Positions 44,392 through 54,261 of a stretch of 64,000 nt of DNA are shown here, piece after piece. The stretch's first letter is position 1. The number at the start of each line of letters is the position of its first letter. Under the pieces are notes generated by a model. That model was given only the letters and a program-made list of their open reading frames with translations. It ran no database searches and had not been told where the DNA came from. A program made the translations under genes and the position numbers. The stretch is from Vulcanimicrobiota bacterium. GTDB lineage: Bacteria > Vulcanimicrobiota > Vulcanimicrobiia > Vulcanimicrobiales > Vulcanimicrobiaceae. The stretch covers positions 917,190-981,189 of the forward strand of contig CAVZST010000001.1 of the NCBI GenBank assembly GCA_963778015.1. The letters run 5' to 3'.

Positions 44392-45965
44392 CCGTGCGGA
44401 GCCTCGGACGGCATGAGATCCCAAACAGGGCGGCGGCTGCGAATGGGGGGCAGCTCTTCAAAGTTGAACTCGGGCGGCGGTGACGACGTCAGCCACTCCA
44501 ACGTGAAGCCGCCCCATGGATTAGCCGCTACCGGCAGCCGTCTGTAGACCGAAATCGCGACGTCCACGAAGAACAACGTGGCGCCGATCGCGATCAGCCC
44601 GGCTCCCGCGGTCGCGATCGCATTGAGCAACGCGAGATGGCCCATCGGAGGATACGTGAAGACGCGACGCGCCATGCCCTCCATGCCCATGAATCCCATC
44701 GGGACGAACGTCACGTTGAACCCGACGAACATGAAAGCAAATACCCAGCGCCCGATCCGCTCCTGTAGCTTGACGCCGAACATTTTTGGAAACCAGAAGT
44801 AGAGCGCTCCGAAGAGCGCAAACATGCTGCCGCCGCCGATCACGTAATGAAGGTGCTGCACGATAAAGTAGCTGTCGTGCGCTTGGTAATCGAGCGGCGG
44901 CGACGCTATCATCACCCCCGTAATTCCGCCGATCAAGAAATTGAGCAGAAATCCTATCGCGAAGAGCATCGGCACGGAGAACTCGATCGAGCCCTTCCAC
45001 ATGGTCCCAATCCAATTCACGAACTTAACACCTGTCGGCACCGCGATCAAAAACGACATTCCCGCAAAAAACTGGTTGCTGACGGCTCCCGTCGTGAACA
45101 TGTGATGAGCCCAAACGCCGAGCGAGAGCCCTGCGATCGCAAAAGCGGAGATGACCATTCCGACGTAGCCGTAGACCGGCTTTCGCGAAAACGTCGCGAT
45201 GATCTCGGTGACCATACCGAAGTACGGCAGGATCATGACGTAGACTTCAGGATGACCGAAGAACCAAAAGAGATGCTGGTAGAGAATCGGGTTTCCGCCG
45301 TAGAGCGGATCGAAGAAGTGGCCGCCCATGTGCCGCTCGATCAGGGACATCGCAAAAACGGCTGCGAGCGACGGAAAAGCCATGAGGACGAGCAACGCGG
45401 TAGCGACCATCTCCCACGTGAAGATCGGTATGCGCCACATCGTCATTCCGGGTGCTCGGAAGAGAAATATCGTCACCAGGAAGTTGATCGACGTGATGAT
45501 CGTCGAAACGCTCGCCATCAACAAACCGATGAACCACAAGTCCTGACCGGCACCGGTTCCTTCATATAATTCGCTGAGCGGAGCATAAGCGGTCCAGCCC
45601 GCCGCCCCCGCGCCGCCGTAGGTGGCCAAGCCGGCGAAGACGGTAATTCCACCCAACACGAAGAGCCAGAGTCCCGTCGCGTTGAGCCGCGGAAAGGCGA
45701 CGTCGGGCGCGCCGATTTGCAGCGGAATCAAGAAATTCGCCAGGCCTATGCCAAAGGGCGCAATGACGAAGAATATCATCGCGGTTCCGTGCAGGGTGAA
45801 GAGCTCGTTGTAGACGTGGCGCGACAAGAAGGTGTTGTCCGGAACGGTGAGTTGGGTCCGAATCAGCACCGACAGGATGCCTGCCGCGCAGAAAAAGCAC
45901 ATCACCGTCACGATATACATGATGCCGATCTTCTTGTGATTCGTCGTGGTGAGCCACTCGATCAT
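44388..45965 (-). CDS. ctaD: cytochrome c oxidase subunit I
   Basis: ATG at 45965 gives MIEWLTTTNHKKIGIMY...GHPEVYVMILP...HHMFTTG...HYVIGGG. Confidence 0.97.
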   Translation of the reverse strand: MIEWLTTTNHKKIGIMYIVTVMCFFCAAGILSVLIRTQLTVPDNTFLSRHVYNELFTLHGTAMIFFVIAPFGIGLANFLIPLQIGAPDVAFPRLNATGLWLFVLGGITVFAGLATYGGAGAAGWTAYAPLSELYEGTGAGQDLWFIGLLMASVSTIITSINFLVTIFLFRAPGMTMWRIPIFTWEMVATALLVLMAFPSLAAVFAMSLIERHMGGHFFDPLYGGNPILYQHLFWFFGHPEVYVMILPYFGMVTEIIATFSRKPVYGYVGMVISAFAIAGLSLGVWAHHMFTTGAVSNQFFAGMSFLIAVPTGVKFVNWIGTMWKGSIEFSVPMLFAIGFLLNFLIGGITGVMIASPPLDYQAHDSYFIVQHLHYVIGGGSMFALFGALYFWFPKMFGVKLQERIGRWVFAFMFVGFNVTFVPMGFMGMEGMARRVFTYPPMGHLALLNAIATAGAGLIAIGATLFFVDVAISVYRRLPVAANPWGGFTLEWLTSSPPPEFNFEELPPIRSRRPVWDLMPSEAPHG

Positions 45966-46612
45966 GGGGTTGCCGCTCCTCTCGAGGCGATGAAGCGATC
46001 GTACGCGACGCGCGGGACGACTTGAACCGTAAACGACATCAGCGCGTGGTCGAGCCCGCAATACTGCGCGCAGCGGCTCGGAAAGCTCCCGGTGCGGTTT
46101 GGCGTGAGGTCGAAGACGTTGGTCATGCCGGGAATGGCATCGCGCTTGAAAAGGAAGGCCGGCACCCAGAACGAGTGCGTGACGTCGGCCGAACGCAGAT
46201 CGATCTCGGTAATCTCACCCTCGGGCAGATAGAGCGTCGGGGGCGACGCCGGCGTTCCAAAGGCAGCAATGCCGCCGGGATATTCGAAGTGCCACGACCA
46301 GCGGAAAGCGGTGACGGCGACCCTGTTGCCGGGATTGGCTACCACGTGATCGACCGGCATCTCGATCGCGTAGGTTACGCCGAAGAGCCCGCCGACGATC
46401 AAAAGCGGGAGGGCCACGTAGAGAAGCTCGAGCGGCGTGTTCCCGCTGAACTGCTGGGGACGGTCATCCGTTCGGCGGCGGTATCGAACGATGCACCAGA
46501 AGATGCACGCGTAGACGTAAAGTCCGACGAAAATCCCGGCTCCAATAAAGATGTACCAATCCGTACGCATCAGAACGCCGTGGGTGGAGGCCGGATTCAT
46601 CAGCCAGTTCAC
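45962..46612 (-). CDS. ctaC: cytochrome c oxidase subunit II (no fused cytochrome c domain)
   Basis: CuA site HSFWVPAF...CAQYCGLDHALM. GTG at 46612 or ATG at 46600. The stop overlaps the ctaD ATG. Confidence 0.9.
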   Translation of the reverse strand: MNWLMNPASTHGVLMRTDWYIFIGAGIFVGLYVYACIFWCIVRYRRRTDDRPQQFSGNTPLELLYVALPLLIVGGLFGVTYAIEMPVDHVVANPGNRVAVTAFRWSWHFEYPGGIAAFGTPASPPTLYLPEGEITEIDLRSADVTHSFWVPAFLFKRDAIPGMTNVFDLTPNRTGSFPSRCAQYCGLDHALMSFTVQVVPRVAYDRFIASRGAATP

Positions 46613-46675
46613 AATGCCGGTTTTACCCCAAACTCAGCGTGGTGTAGGAGGCCCGCTCGGCGGGTAGGACGAGGC

Positions 46676-47266
46676 ATGGCTACTTCGGCGAAGGATAGCG
46701 CTAGGTCGCTCGCGCCGTTGCCTATTCGCGCGCACCCGCTCGTCCTCGGCGTCGTGCTCTTCCTCGCCTCTGAGTTGATGTTTTTTGCGGCGCTTTTCGC
46801 CGGCTACTTCGAGCTACGCGCAAACCGCGGGCACTGGCCTCCGCCGACGGTGCAACTCAAGCCGCTTGAAGCCGGATTTGGAACCTTCCTACTCTTCGTC
46901 GCCTCGATCGTCATGCTCTTCGCCACGAGAGCGATGGACCGGCATAACATGCGCGCAGCGCGCTGGTGGACCCTGTGTGCGATCGTCGCGGCAGTAGGTT
47001 TCGTCTTGGAGTCCGTTCACGGTTATGCCGACGATGCGTTCGGCATCTCAACCAATGCATACGGCTCGATTTACTACACGATGACGGGCTTTCATTTGCT
47101 CCACGTGATCGCCGGCATCGGCATCCTGACCGCGCTGCTCGCGGGAATGCGCAGCCCGGCGCTGCAAGTCAACCGGCGCGCCGGTGCCGAGGCCATGACG
47201 TACTACTGGCACTTCGTCTTCATCGTCTGGGTCGGCATCTTCGCCACCATTTATTTCGTGCGGTGA
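46676..47266 (+). CDS. ctaE: cytochrome c oxidase subunit III
   Basis: ATG at 46676 within ORF 46022-47266. LFLASELMFFAALFAGYF...YYTMTGFHLLHVIAGI...YWHFVFIVW. Confidence 0.9.
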   Translation: MATSAKDSARSLAPLPIRAHPLVLGVVLFLASELMFFAALFAGYFELRANRGHWPPPTVQLKPLEAGFGTFLLFVASIVMLFATRAMDRHNMRAARWWTLCAIVAAVGFVLESVHGYADDAFGISTNAYGSIYYTMTGFHLLHVIAGIGILTALLAGMRSPALQVNRRAGAEAMTYYWHFVFIVWVGIFATIYFVR

Positions 47267-48069
47267 AGAAAGACGCCGCGATCGCCTCGGCGCTCTTCGT
47301 CGCCATTCTTGGCAGCGCCATCTTCATCGCCGCCTATTTCACGACCGCCGACCGGCTCTTCGAGGGTCTTGGCCTCGCGATAGCCGCCGCGGCGCTGTGC
47401 GCCGCCGCGCTCGGTTGGGCGTTCTGGATAATCCCCGACGAGCAGGTCGTCGAGGAGATCGAAACCTATCCGTCGCCTCCGGGCCAGCGCGCGGCCCAAA
47501 GCGGCGAAGTCGCCGAGAGCGCGCGCGAAGTAACGCGTTCGCGGATGCTGATCGCGCTGCTCGGGGCCGCCCTGGGGTCGTTCGGGCTGGCCTTGATTCT
47601 GCCGCTGCGCTCGCTGGGGCTCGCGCCGGATACTCTGCTGTTCCACACGCGCTGGCGAAAAGGCGAGCGCGTCGTGCGCGACGACGGCAGCCCCGTACAC
47701 GTCAACGACGTCAACGTCGACTCGAGTCTTACCGTCTTTCCCGAAGGTGCGACCGACGACGCGCAGTCGGTGGCGACTTTGATCCGCGTTTCGGAAGAAA
47801 CCCCGGGAACTGCCGGCGGCTACATGGTCTATTCGCGCCTCTGTACGCATGCCGGGTGTCCCGTCGCGCTCTATCGGGCCGACGTAAAAGAGCTCATATG
47901 CCCGTGCCATCAGTCCGTTTTCGACGTGCTGGCGAACGGTTCGGTCGTTGCGGGGCCCGCCGATCACCCGTTGCCGCGGCTCCCGATCGAAGTAGGCGCG
48001 GATGGGATATTGCGTGCGAGCGGCGATTTTCCAGACCCCGTCGGCCCCGGCTTTTGGGAACGCGCATGA
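47263..48069 (+). CDS. qcrA: Rieske iron-sulfur subunit of the bc complex
   Basis: The GTG at 47263 overlaps the ctaE stop (GTGA). 3 N-terminal TM helices. CTHAGCPV and CPCHQSVF Rieske boxes. Confidence 0.9.
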   Translation: MKKDAAIASALFVAILGSAIFIAAYFTTADRLFEGLGLAIAAAALCAAALGWAFWIIPDEQVVEEIETYPSPPGQRAAQSGEVAESAREVTRSRMLIALLGAALGSFGLALILPLRSLGLAPDTLLFHTRWRKGERVVRDDGSPVHVNDVNVDSSLTVFPEGATDDAQSVATLIRVSEETPGTAGGYMVYSRLCTHAGCPVALYRADVKELICPCHQSVFDVLANGSVVAGPADHPLPRLPIEVGADGILRASGDFPDPVGPGFWERA

Positions 48070-49499
48070 AGCGCATACTCGACGCGATCGATCTGCTTCG
48101 CCCAAGGCAAATCGACGAACCGCCGCGCGTGACCACGATAGAACGCTTTCTGCTCTGGATCGACGATCGATTGGGAACGGCGCACTTTCTACGCCATGCC
48201 TTGCGCAAGGCCTTTCCCGATCACTGGTCGTTCATGCTCGGCGAGATCAATATGTACGTCTTCGTGGTCTTACTCGCTACCGGAACCTTTCTTGCGATGT
48301 TCTTCGACCCTAATACGTCCAAAACGGTTTACGACGGGCCGTACAAGCTGCTCGACGGCGTGCGCATGTCGTACGCTTATCGCTCGGTCATGGCGCTCAG
48401 CTTTGAGGTGAACCTCGGTCTCTTGGTTCGACAGATTCATCACTGGGCCGCGCTCCTGTTCGTCGCCGGAATCGCGACCCATATGGGACGCATCTTCTTT
48501 ACCGGCGCGTTTCGCAAGCCGCGCGAGATCAACTGGGTGATCGGTTTTCTGCTCTTTTGGCTAGCGATCTTCGAAGGCTTCTCGGGGTACTCGCTTCCCG
48601 ACGATCTGCTCAGCGGCATCGGGCTGCGGATCGCGGTTGCCGTCTTGCAATCGGTGCCGGTCGTTGGAACCTGGCTGACTTTTCTGCTCATCGGTGGCGT
48701 CTATCCCACGAAACAACTGCTGGGCCGGCTCTTCACGCTTCACATTTATCTGGTGCCGTTCGCGTTAGCCGGTTTGATCACGCTTCATCTGATCGTACTT
48801 TGGCGCCAGAAGCACTCGCAGTTCCCCGGGCCGGGCCGAACCGAGCGCAACGTCGTCGGCTCGCCGCTCGTTCCCAGATACGCCGCGAAGTCAATGGGCC
48901 TTTTCATGGCCGTCATAGCGGCGGTATGTGCGCTGGGCGCGCTCGTTCAAATCAATCCGATCTGGCTCTGGGGCCCGTACGAGCCGTGGAATGCCGTGAG
49001 CCCCGCACAACCCGATTGGTACATCGGCTGGCTCGAGGGGGCGCTTCGTCTGGGACCGCCGCTTGCCGTTCGAATCTGGGGACACATGATTCCGTCGCCG
49101 TTTTGGCCGGCGGTGCTGCTGCCGCTCCTTCTCTTCGCCGTCTTTCTCGTCTGGCCGTGGATCGATGCGGCGATTCGCAAGGACCGCGCCTCCCATCAGC
49201 TGCTCAACAATCCGCGCGACGTTCCCTGGCGCACCGGCGTCGGCGTTGCGATCTTCATCTTCGCATTCGCATTGACGGCCGCCGGCGGCGACGACGTGCA
49301 GGCGCGGTACCTGCACCTCAACATCACCACGATCGTGACCTTCTATCGCGTCTTCTGCCTGGTGGGACCAATCCTCGGGTTTTTCGTCGCCTACGCCGCG
49401 GCGAGCGAGCTGCGCGAGCGCGCCGGCGTGCGGAAGGCTCCGCGGGTGCGCCTTCGACGCAACATCGAGGGCGGATTCGAAGAGGAGTCGTTGCCCTGA
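48066..49499 (+). CDS. qcrB: cytochrome b subunit of the bc complex
   Basis: The ATG at 48066 overlaps the qcrA stop (ATGA). WSFMLGEINMYVFVVLLATG...QIHHWAALLFV...LHIYLVP. Confidence 0.93.
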   Translation: MKRILDAIDLLRPRQIDEPPRVTTIERFLLWIDDRLGTAHFLRHALRKAFPDHWSFMLGEINMYVFVVLLATGTFLAMFFDPNTSKTVYDGPYKLLDGVRMSYAYRSVMALSFEVNLGLLVRQIHHWAALLFVAGIATHMGRIFFTGAFRKPREINWVIGFLLFWLAIFEGFSGYSLPDDLLSGIGLRIAVAVLQSVPVVGTWLTFLLIGGVYPTKQLLGRLFTLHIYLVPFALAGLITLHLIVLWRQKHSQFPGPGRTERNVVGSPLVPRYAAKSMGLFMAVIAAVCALGALVQINPIWLWGPYEPWNAVSPAQPDWYIGWLEGALRLGPPLAVRIWGHMIPSPFWPAVLLPLLLFAVFLVWPWIDAAIRKDRASHQLLNNPRDVPWRTGVGVAIFIFAFALTAAGGDDVQARYLHLNITTIVTFYRVFCLVGPILGFFVAYAAASELRERAGVRKAPRVRLRRNIEGGFEEESLP

Positions 49500-50257
49500 G
49501 CATCGAGTCGAGAGCGGCGCTGTGCCTCGGGGCGGCCACGCTCTTCGGAATTGCGGCCGTCGGACCGCCGCTCGACCGCCTCGCGGATACGTCGTTCGCG
49601 TGGCACATGGTCCAGCATCTCGCGCTCTTCTTTTTGGTAACGCTTTTGCTGCTGCTCGCACGCCCGTTCGACGTGCTCGCGCGAATCGCCGGAAAACGGC
49701 CAACCGGGGCCTTTGTGCGGGCGACACGCCCGCTGCACGCGCTCGCCTTGCCGCCCGTAGCTTTGATCGTCTTCATCGCGACGCTGTGGGCAACGCACTT
49801 TTCACCGCTCTACGAGCTTGCGTTGGAACATCCGTGGGCGCACATCGCCGAGCATGCGCTCTATCTCGCCGCCGGCGTCGTTTTTTGGCTTCCCGTCGTT
49901 GGGCCGCCCCCGCTCCGGCCGCTGGGCTATCCGGGACGATTGCTCTATCTTCTTGTCGCGCTGCCGCAAGGCGCGCTTCTGGCGATGGTTATCGCAAGCG
50001 CGCGAGACCCGCTCTATCCGCACTACGCCACTGTGGCCGGCTCGCGCGCGGCCGCGCTCGCCGATCAAGCCAATGCCGCCGCGGCGATGTGGATTCTCGG
50101 AGGCTTCGCGGTTCTCGGTGCCTTGCTGCTTACGCTCGCCGCCTGGGCGCGCCGTGAGGCCGAGCAGACTCCTTCGTCAACTCCACAATGCAAAATCCCA
50201 ACGCATCCAGATCGATCGCGAAGGGCAGCGAACGGACGAGGCGCAGCGGCGTCGTAA
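49496..50257 (+). CDS. ctaG: cytochrome c oxidase assembly factor CtaG-like (caa3_CtaG family) membrane protein; start codon unresolved
   Basis: FAWHMVQHLALFFLV...HIAEHALYLAAGVVFWLPVVG. No in-frame ATG/GTG/TTG lies between ~49241 and ATG 49607. CTG at 49496 overlaps the qcrB stop. Confidence 0.65.
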   Translation: MSIESRAALCLGAATLFGIAAVGPPLDRLADTSFAWHMVQHLALFFLVTLLLLLARPFDVLARIAGKRPTGAFVRATRPLHALALPPVALIVFIATLWATHFSPLYELALEHPWAHIAEHALYLAAGVVFWLPVVGPPPLRPLGYPGRLLYLLVALPQGALLAMVIASARDPLYPHYATVAGSRAAALADQANAAAAMWILGGFAVLGALLLTLAAWARREAEQTPSSTPQCKIPTHPDRSRRAANGRGAAAS

Positions 50258-50290
50258 CGGTTCACGTCGCGGTATTTCCCCTATGAAGTG
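49877..50290. repeat. direct repeat copy A of the ctaG/glycosidase junction
   Basis: Colinear blocks match 55806-56130 (see findings). Contains intact ctaG 3' half plus decayed glycosidase 3' end. Confidence 0.85.
50130..50290 (-). pseudogene. relic of the C-terminus of a GDE-type glycosidase paralog
   Basis: Single frame reads LHRGNTAT*TVTTPLRLVRSLPFAIDLDALGFCIVELTKESARPHGAPRRRA*. The intact gene has ..IGNTATRTVTTPLRFARSL[30 aa]FAIDLDALGFCVLELVPESRPPRGAPRRRA*. Confidence 0.8.
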
Positions 50291-50306
50291 CGCTCGTACC
50301 GCCGTC

Positions 50307-52828
50307 TCACTCCAGCGCTTGCGCCTGCGCGATTGCCTCGTCTTCAGTCATCGTCGCGCCTACGCCCATCAGATGCGCGAGGTCATCGGCTCCAAACGCA
50401 TCGCGAAGCAGGGCGATCGCGCGACCGTATTCTTGTGTCAAGTCGCACAACCCCTCGATTCCCAGCGCATCGCGGCGAGCATCGACAAAGCCGAGTATCC
50501 GCGCGACACCCCGCTGCGCGCCTAGTGTGCGTCGGCCCTCCACCTGTGGCCTTAGCGCGGTCGCTAAAGCAAGATGGTGCAGGGCACCGGCTACGACCGT
50601 AGTGAGATGGTTAGCGCAGCCAATTTCAAGCGCTTCACTAGCCGGCACTCGTGCCTCATCGTACCGGCCCAACGCGACGAGGCAATCCGCCATGTTGAGG
50701 AGGGCCGTCGTCATGGTGTCAGTATCGAGCTCGGCCTTTCCATGGGTTGTAAGCACATCCCTAATCAACAGCAACGCAGTTTCGGGGGCCCCTGCGTCAA
50801 ACTCGTTGGCGGCGAGATTCAGCGTGAAGGTAGCCGCAAAGGACTGAGCGCCAAGGACATTCGCAAGCTCAAGAGCCTCGGTAAGTTGTGCGCGGGACTC
50901 GGCGAAATCACCGAGCCTTGAACGAGCAAGTCCGATTCTGCTTAAAGCGTAGGCAATGAGGGGGCGGTCGTCCAGCGTGCGAGCTGAATGCAAGGCCTCT
51001 GTCAGCAGAAGCTCTCCCTCCGACGGTCTCCCGAGACTCACGAGCGCTTCGCCTGCCAAGATTTGCGCCTGGGTGGTCCCCGTGACATCACCGAGCTGCC
51101 GATACCGTGTCAGAGCCCGCTGGGCCGCCGCCAACGACAGTTTGCGTTCACCTAGTTGTCGTAAGTATGCCGCCTCCGCGTGTTCGAGCCGCGCCACCAA
51201 CAGTGGCGGCGTGAACTCATCGACCAATTCGAGCGCCATCCCGATCCAGCGCCGCGCTTCAGCCCCCGGAAAGCTGAGCCCAATCACCTTTCGCGCAGCG
51301 GCCAAGCGTTGCCCCAGAATAACATCGCCGCGTTTTGTCAGCATCCACTGCAGTGCCGCTCGCCAATTCCCTAACTCCACGTGCGCCTGCGAGAGCCATA
51401 CCGGCTCCGGCGCCGTGCCCCAACTGGATTCGAGCCGCTCCGCCAGCTCCACGCAGAAAAGCGCGTGACGTCGCGCTGTTCGCTCCTGCTCACCGCGCGC
51501 TATTAGCTTCGCACTGGCGTACTGGCGCGACGATTCCAAGAGGTAATAGCGTTGCTCGTTACCGGCCTGCTCTGCAACCAGCAGTGACTTCGTTACGAGC
51601 GACTCGATAAGATCTATTACGTCGAGGTCGTCTTCTTCATCGGTTGCGCAAACCGCGGTCGCCGCCTCAAGCGTGCAGCCAGCCGCGAAAACGGAGAAGT
51701 GCTCGAAGAATCTTTGCTCACGCGGCGTCAGAAGATCATAGCTCCAATCAATGAGCGCGGTCATCGTCTGATGCCGCGGCAGCCCTCGAGCCTTTCCCCC
51801 GGTGAGCAGCCGAAAGCGCTGATCCAGCCGTTGGGCGATTTGATGAGGCGTAAGCACTTTCACCCGAGCGGCAGCCAACTCGATCGCGAGCGGAATCCCG
51901 TCAAGCCGACGACAAATCTCGGCAATCACCGCTGCGCTGTCGTCGGTCAATGCAAAGCTTGTATTGACCGCAAGCGCACGATCGACGAAGAGCGCGATCG
52001 CTGCATACGGCAGTATGTCTCGCGCGCTTCGGTGCGCTTCCGGTGGAACCGCAAGCGATGGGAGTCCGTAGGCCCACTCACAAGATACGTCCAATGCTTC
52101 TCGGCTAGTCGCCAGGATGCGTACATTTGGGCACGACCGCACAATACTCGCCGCAACCTCGCGAGCGGCCTCCATCACGTGCTCGCAGTTGTCCAGAATA
52201 AGCAGGAGCCGGCGGGACTTGAGGTACGCGACGACTGTGTCTAAGTCGACTCCCGTCGTTGACGGAAGTTGCAAGCGCAGCTCAAGACAGCTGTTGCCAC
52301 AAGCGTTTGGTCCGCAAGGGGCGCCAAATCGGCGAGCCACACGCCGTCTGTAAAGCGGTCGAGCCAATTGCTTCCGAGCTGCACCGCCAGGCGCGTCTTA
52401 CCAACTCCCCCAGCCCCCACCACAGTGACAAGCCGGTGTTTGCTGAGGAGCTCCGCGAGCTCTCCGGCTTCACGCTGGCGACCAACAAACGAGGTCATCT
52501 GCTGCGGAAGATTACTCCGAGGCGTTGCGTGACCGTCGGGGCGTACGAGCCGTAGCAGCGACGCATTTGCGGCACCATCGTGCTGGGGCCGACGGGACGA
52601 GTCGATCGCGCTTCTCAGGCGCGCTTCGCGCTCCGGCGTCAACTGGAGTGCGAGGGCTAGCAAGCCCACCGTGTCCCTACGAGGACGCGTTCGAGCTCCA
52701 CGTTCCAGCGTGCTGATCGACTCGACGCTGAGCTTCGATCGCTCGGCGAGGTTTTGTTGCGTCATCCCAGCGTCGAGGCGAAACTGCCTCAGCAGCGCCC
52801 CGAAGTGGGCTCGATCGGCCGCCTCCAT
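50307..52828 (-). pseudogene. frameshifted HTH(XRE)-NB-ARC-TPR (STAND) regulator
   Basis: ORF 52241-52828 holds the HTH plus Walker A GAGGVGKTRLA. ORF 50307-52367 holds Walker B RLLLILDNCEH plus TPR-like repeats. They are joined by a 1-nt shift near 52283-52286. Confidence 0.8.
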
Positions 52829-52848
52829 TTCCCCTCCGATTGGTTAGT

Positions 52849-52883
52849 CTATTGTACGGGTCATTTGTACGAGCGTACCTGGA
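52849..52883. promoter_or_regulatory. operator-like element, copy 1 (core palindrome GTACGAGCGTAC)
   Basis: ctattgtacgggtcatttgtacgagcgtacctgga, 21 nt from the STAND gene ATG, in the divergent spacer to lipoprotein gene 1. Near-identical element at 54262-54298. Confidence 0.45.
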
Positions 52884-53013
52884 GTTCATGCCTCTGAAGG
52901 CTCACAATTGCGCAAAGATCTGTGAGCACTAAAGCGCCATTCGGCGCCGCCGCGTCTAGCGCGGCCCACCCGGTAAACTAACAGCCTAACGCTATTTAGG
53001 GAAGGGTTAAACA

Positions 53014-54096
53014 ATGCGAATCCCTCAACATACCCTGTCAAAAGTCATTGTATCGGTCGCCCTGACAATGATCGCAGGCTGCACCGGCAGCGATTCGCAA
53101 CTCGCGCCGGGTCCTAGCGAGGTGATCCCTAGCGCCGCGGTGTCGTTGGTGCGGCAACAAACTGCGCAAAACCCTTCAATTAGTAACAACGTCGCGCGTG
53201 ACAGCGTGGCTAGTTCAGTGCCAGCAATAGCGCCGAGCTTTTTCGATCCGCATGCTAGGATAAGGCCGCTGATTTTTATATCCGATCGTCAGACCAAGGT
53301 GAATATCTTTTTGCAGGCGCGCAAGGATCCGAAAATCGGTCAAATCACCGGTCTCCATTCCCCGCAGGGTCTTGCAACAGACGCGAGCCGTAACCTGTAC
53401 GTCGTTGACGGCGGCACCGGGAGCGGGGCGAACGCGGATGTTCTGGTTTATACGCCGCCTTACACCGGCTCACCGAAGCTGATCCTCAACGATCCCGGCT
53501 ATGAACCCAACGGCGTGGCTGTCTCCCCCAGCGGTGTGGTTGCGGTGGCCAACTACTGCACATTCCCGAGTTGCGGTGGCCCTAGCAGTGTGGTCCTTTA
53601 CGCCAAGAACTCAACGAAGCCGTGCGCGACGGTCATAGCAGACTTAGCAGTTCTTTTCGATGCATTCGACCAGCGTGGAAATTTATACATCGATGGATTC
53701 GGCACCAGTCGCGTGGCCGCCCTGGGCGAAATCTCCGGCGAGTGCAAGGCGAAAAAGATCAAGTCCCTTACGACGAGCAACCATATCGGCGTACCGGAAG
53801 GTATCCAAGTCGACAAAGCGGGTCGGATCGCAATTCTCGATCAGGGTGATGACACTATCTACGCATATAATCCGCCGCACGATCGCGCGCTGGGCAATCC
53901 CGTTTCCACGACTCCACTCCTCGGTATCTCTGCCAATACCTTTGTATTCCTCGCGTCAGGCGTTGATCTATATGCGGGTTCCAATTGGGGCGATGCCGGC
54001 GAATATCACTACCCGGCCGGCGGCACAGCCAAGAAGATGATTACAACGAGCGGCAGCGCATGGGGGTTGGCAGTTACGCCGGCGCTCATTAAGTGA
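53014..54096 (+). CDS. lipoprotein, beta-propeller-like (NHL-like repeats), paralog 1
   Basis: Lipobox LTMIAGCTGS. Shares with paralog 2 the motifs GQITGL, (V/I)YTPPYTGSP, YAKNST.PCAT, ISG.CKAKKI..LTT, IGVP and AVTP. Confidence 0.8.
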   Translation: MRIPQHTLSKVIVSVALTMIAGCTGSDSQLAPGPSEVIPSAAVSLVRQQTAQNPSISNNVARDSVASSVPAIAPSFFDPHARIRPLIFISDRQTKVNIFLQARKDPKIGQITGLHSPQGLATDASRNLYVVDGGTGSGANADVLVYTPPYTGSPKLILNDPGYEPNGVAVSPSGVVAVANYCTFPSCGGPSSVVLYAKNSTKPCATVIADLAVLFDAFDQRGNLYIDGFGTSRVAALGEISGECKAKKIKSLTTSNHIGVPEGIQVDKAGRIAILDQGDDTIYAYNPPHDRALGNPVSTTPLLGISANTFVFLASGVDLYAGSNWGDAGEYHYPAGGTAKKMITTSGSAWGLAVTPALIK

Positions 54097-54261
54097 CATC
54101 ATTGTTACCTGCACACAGCATCCTGGCATCTAGGATTGAAGCAGCGGGGACCCGCGACAGCGACGGAAGCGATAGACCCGTTCGCCGGCGACCTCTGCAA
54201 GTCTCGAGATGCTCGCCGCCACAACGCTAGCGCAGCTGATAAGGTGCTCACATTCGCCAGC

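Noticed and set aside
46022-49495. Very long nested plus-strand ORFs (46022-, 46966-, 47397- and 48557-) suggesting 400-700-aa proteins
   Set aside because: Only the distal parts match CtaE, QcrA, QcrB and CtaG. The N-terminal stretches are Arg/Pro-rich read-through overlapping the preceding genes, and internal starts coupled to the upstream stops (GTGA/ATGA) fit much better.
50291-50390. Apparent extension of the copy A/copy B homology into the 3' end of the STAND gene
   Set aside because: The similarity is patchy and needs many indels. The encoded C-terminus (..TEDEAIAQAQALE*) looks like a genuine regulator terminus, so this is probably chance similarity in GC-rich sequence.
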